From Octopus sinensis (Eukaryota): a stretch of 32,538 bases of DNA. Of the stretch, positions 12,185 to 23,499 are shown in pieces. The notes under the pieces were generated by a model. That model searched no databases. It was not told the DNA's origin and saw only the letters and a program-made list of their open reading frames with translations. Made by a program: the position numbers and the translations under genes. Within the stretch, counting starts at the first letter, position 1; each line of letters begins with the position of its first letter. The stretch is from positions 1 through 32,538 of the forward strand of contig NW_021832798.1 of assembly GCF_006345805.1 (NCBI RefSeq), read 5' to 3'.

Positions 12185-12568
12185 CTAGCAGTATCGCCCG
12201 GCGTTGCTCGGGTTTGTAAGGGAAATAACTATAAAGCATTTTTAGAGAGTTATAGCCAAAAAATAGCAAAAAAATGAAAAAAAAATGATGGTAAATTTTT
12301 TTTGAGAGTTAAAAAAGGTGGAGTTGCGTCCCCTAGACGGTCTGTGGTTTGGGTTTCTGATTGTCGACCCCATGTCGAATTTATCGATTTTTTTCAGAAC
12401 TGGGGGAACTTTTCAAAATTTTCGCTGCGTTAGTTTTGCATTATGACATTGGGCTATGTGTGTGTCAAGTTTCATCAGAATCGGTTGAAAGCCGTGGCCA
12501 GAGTGAGGGTACGAGAAAACAGACACACAGAAAACGCACAGACAAACTGCCGTTTATATAGAGAGAGA
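12185..12568 (-). mobile_element. Non-autonomous Helitron (384 bp)
   Basis: 5' TC, 3' CTAG, inserted between A and T. Hairpin CCCGAGCAACGCCGGG lies about 8 nt upstream of the terminal CTAG. The 3' ~120 bp is shared with the copies at 18378 and 26338. Confidence 0.85.
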
Positions 12569-12599
12569 TAACAGTCGTGCTCTTCTTATTGCTTCTTTA

Positions 12600-12980
12600 G
12601 AAGCACTCCGTCGGTTGCGACGATGAGGGTCCCAGCTGATACGATCAACGGAACAGCTTGCTCGTGATATTAACGTGCAAGTGGCTGAGCACTCCACAGA
12701 CACGTGTACCCTTAACGTAGTTCTCGAGGAGATTCAGCGTGACACAGAGTGTGACAAGGCTGGCCCTTTGAAATACAGGTACAAGAGAAACAGGAAGAAA
12801 GAGCGAGAGAAAGTTGTGGTGAAAGAGTACAGCAGGGTTCACCACCACCCCCTGCCGGAGCCTCGTGGAGCTTTAGGTGTTTTCGCTCAATAAACACTCA
12901 CAATGCTCGGTCTGGGAATCGAAACCGCGATCCTCCGACCGCGAGTCCGCTGCCCTAACCACTGGGCCATTGCGCCTCCA
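12600..12980 (-). mobile_element. SINE family B, full length, tail type 1
   Basis: tRNA-Arg-like head GGAGGCGCAATGGCCCAGTGGTTAGGGCAGCGGACTCGCGG...GGTTTCGATTCCC; the 5' ~190 bp closely matches the 20277-20573 copy. Confidence 0.92.
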
Positions 12981-13099
12981 CGTTGCTTCTTTACCTTCGT
13001 GACGAGTAACTTCAATCGTGAAATGTTAATAATAATAACAACAGCAACAACAACAACAACAACAATAACAATAATAATAATAATAATAATAATAACGAT

Positions 13100-13265
13100 T
13101 TATTTGTACAAGTTGACTCCAAGTCTCACCCAGAAACCTCAAGAGACAAGTTAGAAGTTCAAGTTGGTGTTATGATTAGGGTACCGTAATTTTGGCTTTG
13201 TACAGAATATTATTCTAGAGAATGTCTGCCAAAAACATCAGAAAATGAGAAATTTTTTTTTAAAA
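13100..13265 (-). mobile_element. R4/Dong-type LINE 3' UTR fragment lacking the terminal ~20 nt
   Basis: Reverse complement of about 11320-11480 (TTGTACAAGTTG.CTCCAAGTCTCACCCAGA.ACCTCAAGAGACAA). Confidence 0.88.
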
Positions 13266-13395
13266 GTAATTTGATTATAAGATGATAGTGTGATGTTAAG
13301 ATGTCAGTAAAAGGTGTTTGCTATTATGCAAATTTAAAAGTACATTTGACAATGTTTACAGACTAAAATGGTTTTGGAATTACATACACAATATC

Positions 13396-13426
<31 letters not shown>

Positions 13427-14575
13427 GATGATGTTTAAATACCGATCTTGTGATATTTAAATACCGATCTTATCAGGTGGCCAGAATGGGAATAAAAACC
13501 TTTCAGAATAATAGTTATTTAAAATTATAATTTAGGGTATCTAAGAGATACCAGCACGCTGGAAATAGCAGTCAAAACTTGACTCTAAAATCACACTAAA
13601 AATTATCTATATTTAATATATATTAATATACCTGAGATATTCATTCGTTTTGTGCAACAGATAATACAAAGCAGAGTTTAAATCTAAGTTAACATCAAGA
13701 AATTAGCAATATTATGACTATCTTCGAAAGTAATGGATGGATTAAAGTTGCCAAAGAATTTATGTAAAGCTTTCCTAGTTCCAATTCTAATTTAGACAAA
13801 CCGAAGGCTTATAAGAAGAGTGTCGTTGCAACAGAGAAAACCTCGAATATTCGAAAAATGCAAATGAAATTGATGAAGAAGGAATAAGCCAACTAAGTCA
13901 GTCACCTGTGCTGAGTCTGACGATCCCGGACACCAAAATGGTGAAATGTTAAGTAATACCTCTTCTCTACAGATTTTGTTAATTTGCTGCTCTGTAGTGT
14001 TAACTTAATAAATCAGAACAAACATATTTCTAACGGCTGTTTATTGATTTGATTATCTTTTACAATTTTTATAAACTACAGAAAAGACAATCAGAATTAT
14101 TAATAGTATCCATTAATAGAAATCGAAGTTTGACACGTCATTCTTCAAATAATTACCTTCCAGCAATGACTAGATCGATAGAAGGAGGCTAAATCTTGCC
14201 AATTATGCTGGATAATTAAAATAAATATTTTAGAATATAAACTGTAAATATTTATTTTAAATAAAATATCGTGACATGTTTGACTTTACAAAATTAATTA
14301 GCAGAGTATGAGAAAACGAAGTGAAATTTGTTTAGAATATATTCCTGAGCCCAATTTTCTGCTACATCACCATGGTAAACTCTCCCACAGACAGACAGAC
14401 AGATATATACATACATATATGCATATATATATATATACACACACGCATATGTATTGATGTTAGGATTGTTAATGAATAACATTTACGGATGAAAGGATTT
14501 GGTGTAAAGTTAATTCTATATAAATATTGTGATTTCAATTTTCACCTGTCTTAATATTTATTCTGACTTAATCGG

Positions 14576-15000
14576 ATGAATCCAACTTTATGCAATTTTA
14601 ATGCAAACAAATGCAATTCCATAAACCATAATAACTACCCTTTAGCCTCCAAAGTGGCAATTAATATATATTCTGTACCGATAATAGAAAGTAATAACTT
14701 GTCCAGAGCAAACATTGGGCTAACCTCGAATCCTTTCAAATTTAGATACAATCAACACACTCACATGTTCCGCAACCAGAATAGAAATAATGTCACTACA
14801 CTAACCAAACATATATAGGTGATGTAATTTATTAGAGTGGAATTATAAGTCCAGTTCTGGAAATTGTTTCTTATAACAATGTCGGTTATTTAATTTCACT
14901 CGCGAATACCAATTTGAGCTTATCTCCTCCTAATACTTTAAACCTCCTATAGATGAAGATATTGCAAACGTTCTTTATTGCGACATATAAAAATGAGACA
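14576..15000 (+). mobile_element. Decayed Penelope-like element GIY-YIG endonuclease fragment
   Basis: CNS...YPL...NIYSVPI...NIGLTSNPFKFRYNQHTHMFRNQNRNNVTTLTKHI* matches the PLE pattern C.C..CPL..VIY...YIG.T...FK.RY..H...F.....T.LSKHIW. Later NTLN and RHIK resemble the LN.R.E...CRH terminus. Confidence 0.75.
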
Positions 15001-15411
15001 GCCTCATTTAGTTAAGTCCATTCGAATTTCTTTGTATTTATATTCTACATTAATCTTAATGCCTTTTTCATGCAATAATCCTTACCTTCAAATTTCTATG
15101 CGCAAATACTTTATTCTTATAATCAGGCATTTAATAACTTTGAAGTCTTATCAGTTTTACAAAATTCATACGCATAATCATTTCAATATTTAACTTTGTT
15201 CTACAAATAATTTTCAGTACAAGACATACTTCCTTTTCTTTTTCTTTTTCCGTTTCTATTTCTTTCTCGGTCCGTGTTCTCCTGTGAACAAACACGATTA
15301 TTAACTGTCTTAGCATACAAGAGTCACTTGACTTTCTCACTACTTCATTTCGTAGCCAACCAACACAAACATCTAGAATTATGGAACTCATCCGTTTGTT
15401 TCTATTCAAAG

Positions 15412-15494
15412 ATAAAGTCTGTAAACAACGAGGCTATGAAAATAGAGATGGACTCACACTTTTGACGGAACTTAAACGAAAAGACTAGGAACAA
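15412..15494 (+). other. Candidate spliced exon of an unidentified transcript
   Basis: Pyrimidine-rich acceptor TTTGTTTCTATTCAAAG and strong donor CAA|GTAAGC. The longest frame (D)KVCKQRGYENRDGLTLLTELKRKD* stops 6 nt before the donor. No homology recognised. Confidence 0.25.
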
Positions 15495-16184
15495 GTAAGC
15501 TACTCGTAAACTACCTCGTTTAAGGTGTTAATTATTGCTCCACGTTGCTCTATATCACAAAAAGGGTACAAGTCTGTGAAAATTCTTAGCATTTATAAAC
15601 GTATAGGCATGTACACAAAACACGAACACAACATAAGCATGCATTCACATAGACATACACACATATGCACAAACGCATACATATCTGCATGTAAATATCT
15701 TCCAATGTACGCGTGTAAAAAGTTGCTGTTACACAATCACATTGTCGAAAGCGGCTTATTGTCATATAATCGCCATAGATTATAAATATATTCATATGTT
15801 GTTCTGTTAGCTTTCTACGCAGGAAATTTGAAAATATAAATTACAGAGTGGAATTACATATGCTCAAGAAGGAAGATTATATATTCAGACCTATGGAATA
15901 ATTGCATTAATTAAAAATGTATGTAAAATTTCAAGGAAAAAATATTGATACATTTATGTAGAGATGCATACACATATGTGTATACATACACATATATGCA
16001 CATACATATACATAGACATACACATACGCACACATAGACACGCACTCGTTCGTATGCATATAAATATATTATAACGCTAGAATAAGCAGAAGGGGATATG
16101 AAAAAGAATTCAATACACAAGAGAGGAGCATGTTGTTTATTAAACTGTATTTCTTTCACGGCACGGGTTTCGATCCATTTCTAC

Positions 16185-16234
16185 ACACACACACAAGTAC
16201 ACACACACACACACACAGACACACACAGACACAG

Positions 16235-16265
<31 letters not shown>

Positions 16266-16287
16266 AACACACACACACACACACACA

Positions 16288-16351
<64 letters not shown>

Positions 16352-16500
16352 GACACACACAAACACATGCACACACATATACATACACATATATACGTAT
16401 ATATATATATAAAGAGAGAGAGAGAGGGAGAAGGAGAGAGACAGAGAGACTGAGAGACAGAGAGACAGAGAGAGAGAGACAGAGAGAGACAGACTGATGG
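16185..16500. repeat. Compound (CA)n/(TA)n/(GA)n microsatellite
   Basis: Direct inspection. Confidence 0.95.
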
Positions 16501-16569
16501 AGAAATTGAATCGCACATATACATATATATATATACGTATACATTTTTTCATCTAGCTTCAGCTGACGA

Positions 16570-16594
16570 GCTGTGGCCATGCTGGGGCACCGCC
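16570..16594 (-). mobile_element. SINE family A 3' tail fragment
   Basis: CTGTGGCCATGCTGGGGCACCGCC matches the family A tail at 4600 and 11566. Confidence 0.55.
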
Positions 16595-16926
16595 ATATAT
16601 ATATATATATATATATAATTGCTTGAATGTATCACATATATATGAGTGATACGTTTGTGTGTGCGCGTGCTGTGTGTATGGGTTTGAATGCATGTGGGCT
16701 TGGGCGCGCGCGCGTGTGTGTGTGTGTGTGTGGGGGGGTGATACACGTATTAGGTGAGAATCAGGTGTCCATTCTCAAATCCTTTGCCTGAATCCGGTTT
16801 TCGTTCCGTAGCAGTTGGCTGCACTAAAAAACCGGAACACTAAATCCGCTTACCATCTTTTTTCTTAGATTCATTTTTGAAATTCACTGAGATGGAAATA
16901 TATATCCTTGGACAAGATTTATTATT

Positions 16927-17261
16927 ATCCATCATCATCATCATCATCATCATCTATATCATCATCATCATCTATATTATCATCATCATCATCTATATCA
17001 TCATCATCATCTATATTATCATCATCATCATAATCATCATCATCATCATCCTCATCATCATCGTCATCGTCATCGTCATCATCATCCTCATCATCATCAT
17101 CATCATCATTATCATTATCATTATCATCATCATCTATATCATCATCATCATCATCATAATCATCATCATCATCATAATCATCATCATCATCATCATCATA
17201 ATCATCATCATCATCATCATAATCATCATCATCATCCTCATCATCATCATCGTCATCGTCG

Positions 17262-17309
<48 letters not shown>

Positions 17310-17335
17310 CCACCACCATAGTCATCCATATCCTC
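16927..17335. repeat. (ATC)n microsatellite with variant units
   Basis: Source of the poly-Ile/Asp/Met pseudo-ORFs. Confidence 0.95.
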
Positions 17336-17654
17336 ACCATCATTGCCACTAATATTTGTGTTGTTGCTGTTGTTGTTGCTGCTGTGGCGATCAAATCCGG
17401 AAGCTTAATTTAGAAAAATCACTGTTGATAATGTCCAAATAGATAAGATTTTGCGATCAGAGAAAAACAACAACAGCAAAGATTTAAGAATGGCGCCTCA
17501 TTAGATTAACAGGGAGCAAGATAGGGTGGAGTGAGAATATATATCTGTAAATTCCTCTATCTACATAATATTGAGGTCTCTATCCTTTCGTTTGTTGTCT
17601 TACCATTTTTATCAATCCATATATATATATGTAGGTACTATGCTTCCACGGCAC

Positions 17655-17833
17655 GGACTTATTGTTTTGTAAGCCTTGTACTTATTCTATCGGCCTCTTC
17701 TTCCAAACAGCCAAGTTACGTGGACGTAAACACACAAGCATCAGTTGTGATGCAATGGTTGGGGGACAAACATAAACACACAGACAGACAGACAGACACA
17801 TACACACACACACACACACATACACATACACAA

Positions 17834-17872
<39 letters not shown>

Positions 17873-18034
17873 CGACGGGCTTCTTTCGGTTTCCGTCTAC
17901 CAAATCCACGCACAAGGCTTTGATCGGCTCGAGGCTATAGTAGAAGGCACCTGCCCAAGGTGCCACGCAGTGGGACTGAACCCGAAACCATGTGGTTGGG
18001 AAACAAGCTTCTTCCACACAGCCACACCTGTGCC
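17655..18034 (-). mobile_element. SINE family A with head and internal microsatellite, 3' tail missing
   Basis: Colinear with 11610-11942. Confidence 0.92.
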
Positions 18035-18044
18035 TATATAATAT

Positions 18045-18231
<187 letters not shown>

Positions 18232-18377
18232 GGTATCACACACACACACACGCACACGCACACAAACATCTATATAAAGTTATATAACACGAAGATGGAA
18301 AAAACCCCTCTCTAATTGCTAACTACATTTGTTTTTCCGCATGACAGATTTAAAGTTGCAGAATTTTCCTTCATATA

Positions 18378-18783
18378 TCTTTATATATTATATATAAAAG
18401 TAAGGTTGTGTGCTGTCTGTCTCCTACGATTTAGATTCCTAACTACTCCGACATTTTGCGGTGCAGTTTAACCAAAACCGGGTATCTTATAGTCGTGATT
18501 CATATAGAGCCCTTCTGGGTATTAGCGCGCGTCTACGATGAGTCTACGATTTAAATAAAATTTACCATCATTTATTTCCATTTTAATGCATTTTTCGCTA
18601 TTATATAAGGGAAGTAACTCTCTAAAAATGTCTACGATGAGTCAACGATTTAAAAAAAAATTTACCATCATTTTTTTTCCATTTTTAATGCATTTTTTTG
18701 CTATTTTTTGGCTATAACTCTCCAAAAATGCTTATATAGTTATTTCCCTTACAAACCCGAGCAACGCCGGGCGATACTGCTAG
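18378..18783 (+). mobile_element. Non-autonomous Helitron (406 bp) with an internal ~99-bp tandem duplication
   Basis: A|TCTTTATATA...CCCGAGCAACGCCGGGCGATACTGCTAG|T; GTCTACGATGAGT units at 18531 and 18630; highly similar to 26338-26735. Confidence 0.92.
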
Positions 18784-19104
18784 TCATTACATAAAATTAC
18801 TCTACAAAATAATTACATAAATATAATTCGGAAACAGCTGTGCGTTGGTGCTCAATCAGGTAGAATACTCTTCGGCACTGCCGGGTTCCTTTGTGGTTTC
18901 TCTCTTTTATATACTGCCTTTCTTTATCGTGCCGTTCATCTTTCTTTATTCAAGGTCACACTTATATTGTTGTGGTGAAACAATAATCATAATGAATCAT
19001 ACAATAATTATAATTATAAAAGAATTATAATTACAAAATTATAATTATAAATTTTTATAAGAAAAATAAAAGCGACATCAATAACACTGATAATGATTTC
19101 TTTA

Positions 19105-19525
19105 TTCTTTTCTACTCTGGGAACAAGGCCCGAAATTTTTTGGGAGGGAGCCAATCGATTAGATCGACCCCAGTGCGTAACTGGTACTTAATTTATCGAC
19201 CCGAAAGGATGAAAGACAAAGTCGACCTCAGCGGAATTTGAACTCAGAACGTAGCGGCAGACGAAATACCGCTAAGCATTTCGCCCAGCGTGCTAACGTT
19301 TCTTATTTCTTTATTGCCCACTAGGGGCTAAACATAGAGGGGACAAACAAGGACAGACAAAGGGATTAAGTCGACTACATCGACTCCAGCGCGTAACTGG
19401 TACTTAATTTATCGACCCCGAAAGGACAAAAGGCAAAGTCGGCCTTCACAGAATTTGAACTCAGAACGTAAAGACGGACGAAATGCCGCTACGCATTTTG
19501 CCCTGCGTTCTCACAATTCTGTCAG
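19105..19525 (-). mobile_element. SINE family C composite dimer (216-bp period)
   Basis: Two central domains (CTGGTACTTAATTTATCGACCC at 19181 and 19397), B box GAGTTCAAATTC and two different tails. Confidence 0.92.
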
Positions 19526-20104
19526 AAGTGATAACAATTATAGAAAATAAAAATGAAACTAAAGACGGCATTTACGAAGCGAATTGACGAAGTATGCAAA
19601 TGGCGGCCAAGATAAAATTATAAACAAGCGTATCCTACGACTACAATATGTCTGTGTTTTATTGCCGAACCGTCCTTTCTTTTCTCAAAAAGCATTGACC
19701 ATAGTTACCACTAACCATTATGGTTTACAACTGTTTTGCTTCAAACGATTCCTTTAATCCCTAGCAGCTATTATCGACACGAATGTCCGTTTGTGTAATT
19801 CGAAATTGGATTTCGTATATTCTTCTTCTGAGTGAAAAACAATGGATATTCAATACGAATTTTATCTCACATAAGACATTTATTAGCTTCTGCACTTCCT
19901 GCTCCATAGAGACCATTCATTCTGTTTATTTATTCATACGCATACAGGTTCAATAACTACATATACATGCGCACACTTACGTTGATACTTGTATGTACAA
20001 ATTTCTACACAGACACACACACACACACATACATACACACGGACACACACACATGTGAAGCCGCAATATCTTTTCTATATATTTTATGTATTACATATTT
20101 ATAT

Positions 20105-20152
<48 letters not shown>

Positions 20153-20276
20153 TGTATTGTTCATGGCCGCTTTAATGTGTCGTCTAAGAGACGACGATAT
20201 TGCAATTTAACCCCAGGGGGACATCTCCTCCAGCTGGTTTATTCAGTGCGCTTATATATATATATATATATATATA

Positions 20277-20573
20277 TCACCGTGATCCCCGTGACCGACC
20301 AGGCTCTTAGATGTTGCTACACATCGCTGGTCACAATGCGCTTCGCATTGTTTTAGCCTTCAAATGACGCCACCCCGCTGGCTAAGCGAGCAGACCAACA
20401 GAAGAAAGAGTGAGAGAAAGTTGTGGCGAAAGAGTACAGCAGGGATCCCCACCACATCCTGCCGGAGTTTCGTGGAGCTTTAGGTGTTTTCGCTCAATAA
20501 ACACTCCCAGCGCCCGGTCTGGGAAACGAAACCGCGATTCTGCTGCTCTAACAACTGGGTCATTGCGCCTCCA
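20277..20573 (-). mobile_element. SINE family B with alternative 3' tail (type 2)
   Basis: Matches 12600-12980 from the head to about AGAAGAAAGAG, then a different tail ending in (TA)n. Confidence 0.9.
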
Positions 20574-20577
20574 CACA

Positions 20578-20634
<57 letters not shown>

Positions 20635-20645
20635 GTATATATACA

Positions 20646-20860
20646 GTTAATCCAAACATGAAAGCACCAAGAGAAAACACAACAACGCGAGGCCGTGGAA
20701 CAAATATACTATTATTGGACGCTCAGGAAGGAAGGGAAGAAGGAGGGTTTGACGTTTCGAGCGGAGCCCTTCGTCGGAAACATAGGAGAAGGAAAGATCC
20801 AGAGAAGGGAAGGCGGAGGAAAAAAATCGCCAACGGTACACACGCGATCACATTTTGAAT
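20646..20860 (-). mobile_element. Short insert flanked by TA/CA microsatellites, carrying a minimal hammerhead-like motif (PLE-terminus or retrozyme-like)
   Basis: Complex sequence bounded by microsatellites; contains the motif at 20747-20781. Confidence 0.6.
20747..20781 (-). ncRNA. Minimal type I hammerhead ribozyme-like motif, variant core
   Basis: GUUU-CCGACGA-A-GGGC-UCC-GCUC-GAAA-CGUC^AAAC: helix I GUUU/AAAC, helix II 4 bp with one G.U, palindromic ACGU helix III, GUC triplet. Deviations are U4C and an extra A after A9. Confidence 0.55.
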
Positions 20861-20878
20861 GTATATATATATATTCAA

Positions 20879-20935
20879 GGTGGTGTTCCAGCGTGGTTGT
20901 AGTCCAATGACTGAAGCATGTAAAAGATAAAAGAT
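20879..20935 (+). mobile_element. SINE family A 3' tail fragment
   Basis: GGTGGTGTTCCAGCGTGGTTGTAGTCCAATGACTGAAGCATGTAAAAGATAAAAG resembles the family A tail. Confidence 0.75.
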
Positions 20936-20936
20936 A

Positions 20937-21122
20937 CTGGATTTGGCATATGATTGGTCAATGCTATCACCGGTTTTGTGCCAGCTGTTGCACTTGACAA
21001 CCTTGACGATTCGTCAGACAGGTTTCCAGCCAGCCTGCCTGAAAACCCGGCAATATTGCCAAAGTGCAATGGTAAGCGTGTAAACGATGATAACCTATTG
21101 ACCATGGATATGCCATAACCAG
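20937..21122. repeat. 186-bp imperfect inverted repeat (foldback) with an 11-nt loop
   Basis: Arms pair from CTGG..TGGCATAT/ATATGCCA..CCAG through TTGCACTT/AAGTGCAA to CAGG/CCTG; loop 21023-21033. Confidence 0.85.
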
Positions 21123-21232
21123 CAATATGTTACTCGAAGATATACGAATATAATATAACCCTTCTATTACTCACATTCAGCGTGATTTTAGTTCTTTTTT
21201 TTTTAACTGAATATATTCTCTTTTGCACTTTT

Positions 21233-21375
21233 ACTGCGGCTATGCTGGAGCACCACCTTTAGTCGAGCAAATCGACCCCAGGACTTATTCTATCGGTCTC
21301 TTTTGCCGAACCGCTAATTTACGGGACGTAAACACACCAGCATCGGTTGTCAAGCGATGCTGAGGGGACAAACAC
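21233..21375 (-). mobile_element. SINE family A 3' half
   Basis: Near-identical to about 11566-11730, with a short internal deletion. Confidence 0.92.
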
Positions 21376-21420
21376 ATACACACAAACATATGCACACAAA
21401 CATATATACATACATATATA

Positions 21421-21795
21421 CATCATCATCATCGTTTAGCGTCCGTTTTCCATGCTAGCATGGGTTGGACGGTTCTACTGGGGTCTGTGAAGCCAGAAGG
21501 CTTCATCAGGCCCAGTCTAATCTGGCAGTGTTTCTACGGCTGGATGCCCTTTCTAACGCCAACCACTCCGTGAGTGTAGTGGGTGCTTTTTACGTGCCAC
21601 CCGCACAGGTGCCAGACAGAGCTGGCAAACGGCCACGAACGGATGGTGCTTTTTATGTGCCACCGGCACAAGGGCCAGGCGAGGCTGGCAACGGTCACGA
21701 AACGGAAGGTTCTCTTACATGCCACCGGCACTGTAACACATCTGCAATTTCCATTGATCGATTTCCATTCTGATCCTCACTTGCCTCAACAGGTC
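21421..21795 (-). mobile_element. 5'-truncated retroposon 3' end with (GAT)n tail, terminal stem-loop and internal 63-bp tandem repeat
   Basis: (CAT)n at 21421; 14-bp palindrome CCATGCTAGCATGG at 21450-21463 nested in CGTCC/GGACG; minus-strand GGTTGGCGTTAGAAAGGGCATCCAGCCGTAGAAAC resembles a V-SINE-type motif (from memory); repeat units at 21582, 21645 and 21708. Confidence 0.75.
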
Positions 21796-21796
21796 T

Positions 21797-21876
<80 letters not shown>

Positions 21877-21927
21877 TATATATATATACATACATATATA
21901 TATATGTGTGTGTATATGTATGTATAT

Positions 21928-21962
<35 letters not shown>

Positions 21963-22472
21963 GGTGAGTGTGTTACATTATAAGGCACAAAAAGAAAATG
22001 AATAAGATTATACATACATATATATATATATGTATATATGATTATAATAAGATTTGAATTTCTTCTTCCTCTCAACATGGTGACGATGTTGAAGTTGCAA
22101 CGTTCGTCCTACGATGACAGTCACAACACTGACATCTTTAGAAATACATCCTGCTTCTAATTGGGACTAAATATCGAACAAAAATTTATTTCGATGCCTG
22201 TCACGGGAGACCGTCTCCACCACGTTGTTCCGTAGACTGTTATTCAGTTATTGTGGAACGACCACTGCACTAAGTAGACCCCTCCAAGAGCCATTTGCGT
22301 ACAGACTGATAGAGGAACTTTCTAAGAATTAGGACTTCCAAATGAAACGCCTGTCTTCATTTAGTTTAAATGCAACGTCCTTTTCTATCCTTGTCCCTGT
22401 TTCTTTGTCGCTGAAGATGTGAATCTGCTTACACAATATGATACGTTTGGTCTTCTGATCTATAGTGATAAT

Positions 22473-23083
22473 TACCTATTTCTTTATTACCCACAAGGGG
22501 CTAGACATAGAGGGGACAAACAAAGACAGACAAAGGTATTAAGTCGAGTAAGTCGATTACATCGACCCCAGTGCGTAAACTGGTATTTAATTTATCGACC
22601 CCGAAAGGATGAAAGGCAAAGTCGACCTCGGCGGAATTTGAACTCAGAACGTAGCGGCAGACGAAATACCTATTTCTTTACTACCCACAAGGGGCTAAAG
22701 ACAGAGAGGACAAACAAGGACAGACAGGGATTAAGTCGATTATATCGATCCCAAGTGCGTAACTGGTACATATTTAATCGACCCCGGAAGGATGAAAAGC
22801 AAAGTCGACCTCGGCGGAATTTGAACTCAGAACGTAGCGGCAGACGAAATACCTATTTTTTTACTACCCACAAGGGGCTAAACACAGAGAGGACAAACAA
22901 GGACAGACAAGGATTAAGTCGATCATATCGAACCCAAGTGCGTAACTGGTACATATTTAATCGACCCCGGAAGGATGAAAAGCAAAGTCGACCTCGGCGG
23001 AATTTGAACTCAGAATGTAGCGGCAGACGAAATACCGCAAAGCATTTCGCCCGGCGTGCCAACATTTCTGCCAGCTCACCACC
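22473..23083 (-). mobile_element. SINE family C head-to-tail trimer (one full unit plus two units lacking the A box; periods 183 and 194 bp)
   Basis: TACC junction motif at 22473, 22667, 22850 and 23033; the complete head occurs only at 23033-23083. Confidence 0.95.
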
Positions 23084-23499
23084 TTATTGTGATTAAAACC
23101 TGTCTATCTGTCTGATAAAACTTAGGCTGCTTCAACCGAGTTGCAGGCAATTAAGGGTCGCATTATCGAGACCGAGAGAAAAAGAGAGAGAGAGAGAGAA
23201 TGTGTATGTGTGAGTGTGTGAGTGTGCGTGTGATTACGAGAGAGAGAGAGAGATAGAGAGAGAGAGAGGGAGAAGAAAAGAGAGAGAGAGAAAGAGAGAG
23301 AGGAAGAGAGATAGAGAGAGAAATCTGTCTTTTACGGAAAATGCGATATCGGAACAACATTTTCCAAGAATAATGAAGGAGACTGATCTCCAAGACAAGA
23401 TAAACCCTTCTTGTGGCCCTCCAGATGTATGACATAACCTAGCATGATATAATGTATGTATGATATAATGTATGATGTAAATGTTTTGCTATAATATGC

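Noticed and set aside
12900-12980. tRNA-Arg gene
   Set aside because: The A/B boxes belong to a SINE head that continues into SINE body; there is no complete cloverleaf acceptor stem.
13795-13955. Possible exon(s) (KPKAYKKSVV... or EECRCNRENL...)
   Set aside because: Every frame has a stop from the best acceptor, and no homology is recognised.
16795-16835. Small hairpin CCGGTTTT...AAAACCGG
   Set aside because: Too short and too interrupted for a pre-miRNA; within chance expectation.
16877-17413. Poly-Asp, poly-Ile and poly-Met ORFs (biomineralisation-like acidic protein?)
   Set aside because: An (ATC)n microsatellite open in multiple frames, with no signal peptide or splice context.
19596-19606. 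YY1-like AAATGGCGGC motif
   Set aside because: A single short motif without other promoter evidence.
21490-21512. Minus-strand CTGATGA followed by an AGCC/GGCT hairpin
   Set aside because: The hairpin is followed by TCAC rather than GAAA; not a hammerhead.
22419-23096. 225-aa ORF with 61-aa repeats
   Set aside because: It is the antisense reading of the SINE C trimer; the 183-bp period is a multiple of 3, which keeps the frame open by chance.
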